A stretch of 64,000 nt of DNA from Anaerolineales bacterium (GTDB taxonomy: Bacteria; Chloroflexota; Anaerolineae; Anaerolineales; RBG-16-64-43): the NCBI GenBank assembly GCA_049511715.1, contig JBEKXU010000007.1:8615-72614 (forward strand), written 5' to 3'. Position numbers and translations under genes: made by a program. Below the pieces are notes generated by a model, which saw only the letters and a list, made by a program, of their open reading frames with translations, did no database searches and was not told the origin of the DNA. Below, one piece after another: positions 62,384-64,000 of the stretch. Each line of letters begins with the position of its first letter. Within the stretch, counting starts at the first letter, position 1.

Positions 62384-63439
62384 ATGCTTTCGTCCGTTCC
62401 CGGATGGCTGATCACCATCGTGTTTCTCGGATCCCTCATCTTCATCCATGAGTTTGGCCACTTCGTGGCGGCACGAATTACACGAGTGCAGGTTGCCGAG
62501 TTCGGGCTGGGATACCCTCCGCGGGTGCTTAAGTTGTTCGAGCAGGGAGGCACGCTCTTCAGCCTGAATGCCATCCCCTTTGGAGGTTTCGTCCGGCTGG
62601 CGGGGGAAGATGATCCCAACGTGCAGGGAGGTTTCGCTTCGGCCAGCCGGTGGACGCGGGCGGCGGTCTTGCTGGCAGGCGTGGGGGCCAACCTTTTGAC
62701 CGCCTTGGTCGTGTTCACCTTTGGATTCAAGATCGGATGGCCGGACCGCGTGGCCGTAGTCTCGGTTTCGCCGGGCTCTCCGTCGCAGGCCGCGGGTCTA
62801 CGAGAGGGAGATATCATCCTGCGGGCGGGTAACGAAGTCATCCATCAACCCGAGGACCTATCCTCATTGACCTACAGCAGTCTTGGAAAACCAATCCTTC
62901 TGGAAGTGGGGCGCGGGTCCGAACAGCTTAGCTTGAGGGTTACCCCTCGCACCTCCTGGCCCAGCAACCAGGGTCCGATGGGGATTGTGATGCAAGCCCA
63001 GGTCGTGAACAATTACTCCTGGGGCCAGGCGTTGGAGAGATCGGGGCAGACGATTGAGGAGCAGACTCTCCTGATCGCAACGCTGCCCGCCAAGCTGATC
63101 GAGGGTCAAATTGCCCCCGCTGAGGCTCGGCCGGTCGGGATCGTAGGGATCTACAATCTGACCGTCCAAGCGGTCCAGACCGCTCAGCAAACGGACCAAT
63201 GGGTCATCGTGCTTCAATGGGCGGGCCTTATCAGCACCGCCTTGGCGCTCGGGAACCTCCTTCCGATTCCCGCGTTGGATGGGGGCCGGCTGCTGTTTGT
63301 TGTGATTGAGGCGGTTCGCGGGCGCCGCGTGTCTCCCGAACGGGAGCAGGCCGTGCATGCCATCGGGTTTGTGCTCCTGATTGGACTGATGGTTTACATC
63401 AGCTATCTGGACCTGGTCCATCCGGTCGTCCCTCACTAG
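62384..63439 (+). CDS. rseP: site-2 (M50) intramembrane metalloprotease RseP
   Basis: HEFGH zinc motif in TM1, PDZ (VSPGSPSQAAGLREGDIIL), NLLPIPALDGG. ATG 62384 follows SD GGAGAG; the ORF opens at TTG 62366. Confidence 0.85.
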   Translation: MLSSVPGWLITIVFLGSLIFIHEFGHFVAARITRVQVAEFGLGYPPRVLKLFEQGGTLFSLNAIPFGGFVRLAGEDDPNVQGGFASASRWTRAAVLLAGVGANLLTALVVFTFGFKIGWPDRVAVVSVSPGSPSQAAGLREGDIILRAGNEVIHQPEDLSSLTYSSLGKPILLEVGRGSEQLSLRVTPRTSWPSNQGPMGIVMQAQVVNNYSWGQALERSGQTIEEQTLLIATLPAKLIEGQIAPAEARPVGIVGIYNLTVQAVQTAQQTDQWVIVLQWAGLISTALALGNLLPIPALDGGRLLFVVIEAVRGRRVSPEREQAVHAIGFVLLIGLMVYISYLDLVHPVVPH

Positions 63440-63448
63440 GACTCTCCT

Positions 63449-64000
63449 ATGGCCAGTGTGGAGCTGTTCGAGGCGGCCCTTCGGGCCTTGCAGGACAATG
63501 GGCAGCGGCTGAGCTCCAGGGGAACGGCCGGGCTGTCTGACCTGGATCCCAACCAGGCTCGCCGCCTGTACACGGTGATGCGCGGGATGTCCGTGGAGGC
63601 ACGGTGCGCCTTGCTTGAAAGGCTCGTCGAGGCGGCGGATCGGCGCATCGAACTGGATTTTGAGGCGATTGCGCGCCTGGCCCTATCGGATGAGGACGGC
63701 TCCGTCCGTGCCCAAGCGATACGTGGTCTGTGGGAAAGCAAGGACTGGCGCCTGGCAGAAAAGTTCTTGGGACTGGTCAAGAGCGACCCGGACGGGCAGG
63801 TGCGCTTGCAGGCCGTGATTGCACTGGGCAGGTTCTTGCTGTTGTCGGAGTATGAAGAAATCTCTGCTGAGCTTGGGCGTCGAATCGGAGACTGCTTGCT
63901 TCATCTTGCCCGCAGCGATCAGCCCATGGATATTCGTCGGCGAGCCGTGGAATCTCTGGGCTTCTCTTCGCGGGAGGAGGTCCCGGAGGTCCTGCGGACC
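63449..64000 (+). CDS. HEAT-repeat protein (N-terminal 184 aa; 3' end beyond the window)
   Basis: I translated the frame from ATG 63449 to the window end and found no stop. Repeated D-x-D/E-G-x-VR-x-x-A-x-x-x-LG units (DEDGSVRAQAIRGLW, DPDGQVRLQAVIALG, DIRRRAVESLG). Confidence 0.6.
   Translation, partial: MASVELFEAALRALQDNGQRLSSRGTAGLSDLDPNQARRLYTVMRGMSVEARCALLERLVEAADRRIELDFEAIARLALSDEDGSVRAQAIRGLWESKDWRLAEKFLGLVKSDPDGQVRLQAVIALGRFLLLSEYEEISAELGRRIGDCLLHLARSDQPMDIRRRAVESLGFSSREEVPEVLRT

Noticed and set aside
1-64000. Scan for CRISPR arrays, rRNA genes, IS elements, integrases or prophage genes.
   Set aside because: I saw no regularly spaced repeats, no transposase, integrase or phage-like ORFs, and no rRNA-like sequence. 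The window looks like core chromosome.

Overview
GC-rich, densely coding bacterial chromosomal segment with about 45 protein genes, one tRNA, and no rRNA, CRISPR array or intact mobile element. The gene content points to a Chloroflexota-like monoderm (inference): YYY/DUF2298 giant membrane proteins, an isopentenyl-phosphate kinase paired with an MDD-family decarboxylase, and a lipoprotein with a Pro/Thr/Ala linker. Gene order: ppdK (5'-truncated by the window), HNH nuclease, phnDCEE phosphonate ABC operon, GH36 alpha-galactosidase-like enzyme, ADP-forming acyl-CoA synthetase, PfkB kinase, orphan OmpR-type regulator, then argS / COG2403 P-loop protein / orphan DNA methyltransferase, rpsT and fabH-fabF. 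A 21-kb single-strand array follows: tlyA, lepA, a 15.6-kb envelope-glycan module, cmk, plsC and a PDZ-radical-SAM-DUF512 gene. The rest is a signalling locus (GAF kinase, sirtuin, REC-ParA ATPase, divergent 1080-aa multisensor kinase), folC, lon, an SDR, tRNA-Thr(CGU), TetR plus an ABC-2 exporter, udk, IPK plus the MDD-family decarboxylase, rseP and a 3'-truncated HEAT-repeat gene. The best candidate for an undescribed system is the module at 25516-41157. It encodes a flippase-like protein, a GT4, one intact and one decayed methyltransferase, and four consecutive GT-C-like polytopic proteins. One is a 1656-aa fusion, and two carry the function-unknown YYY domain. Most long ORFs antisense to these genes are shadow ORFs typical of GC-rich DNA. 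All family calls rest on motifs read by eye; no database search was run.
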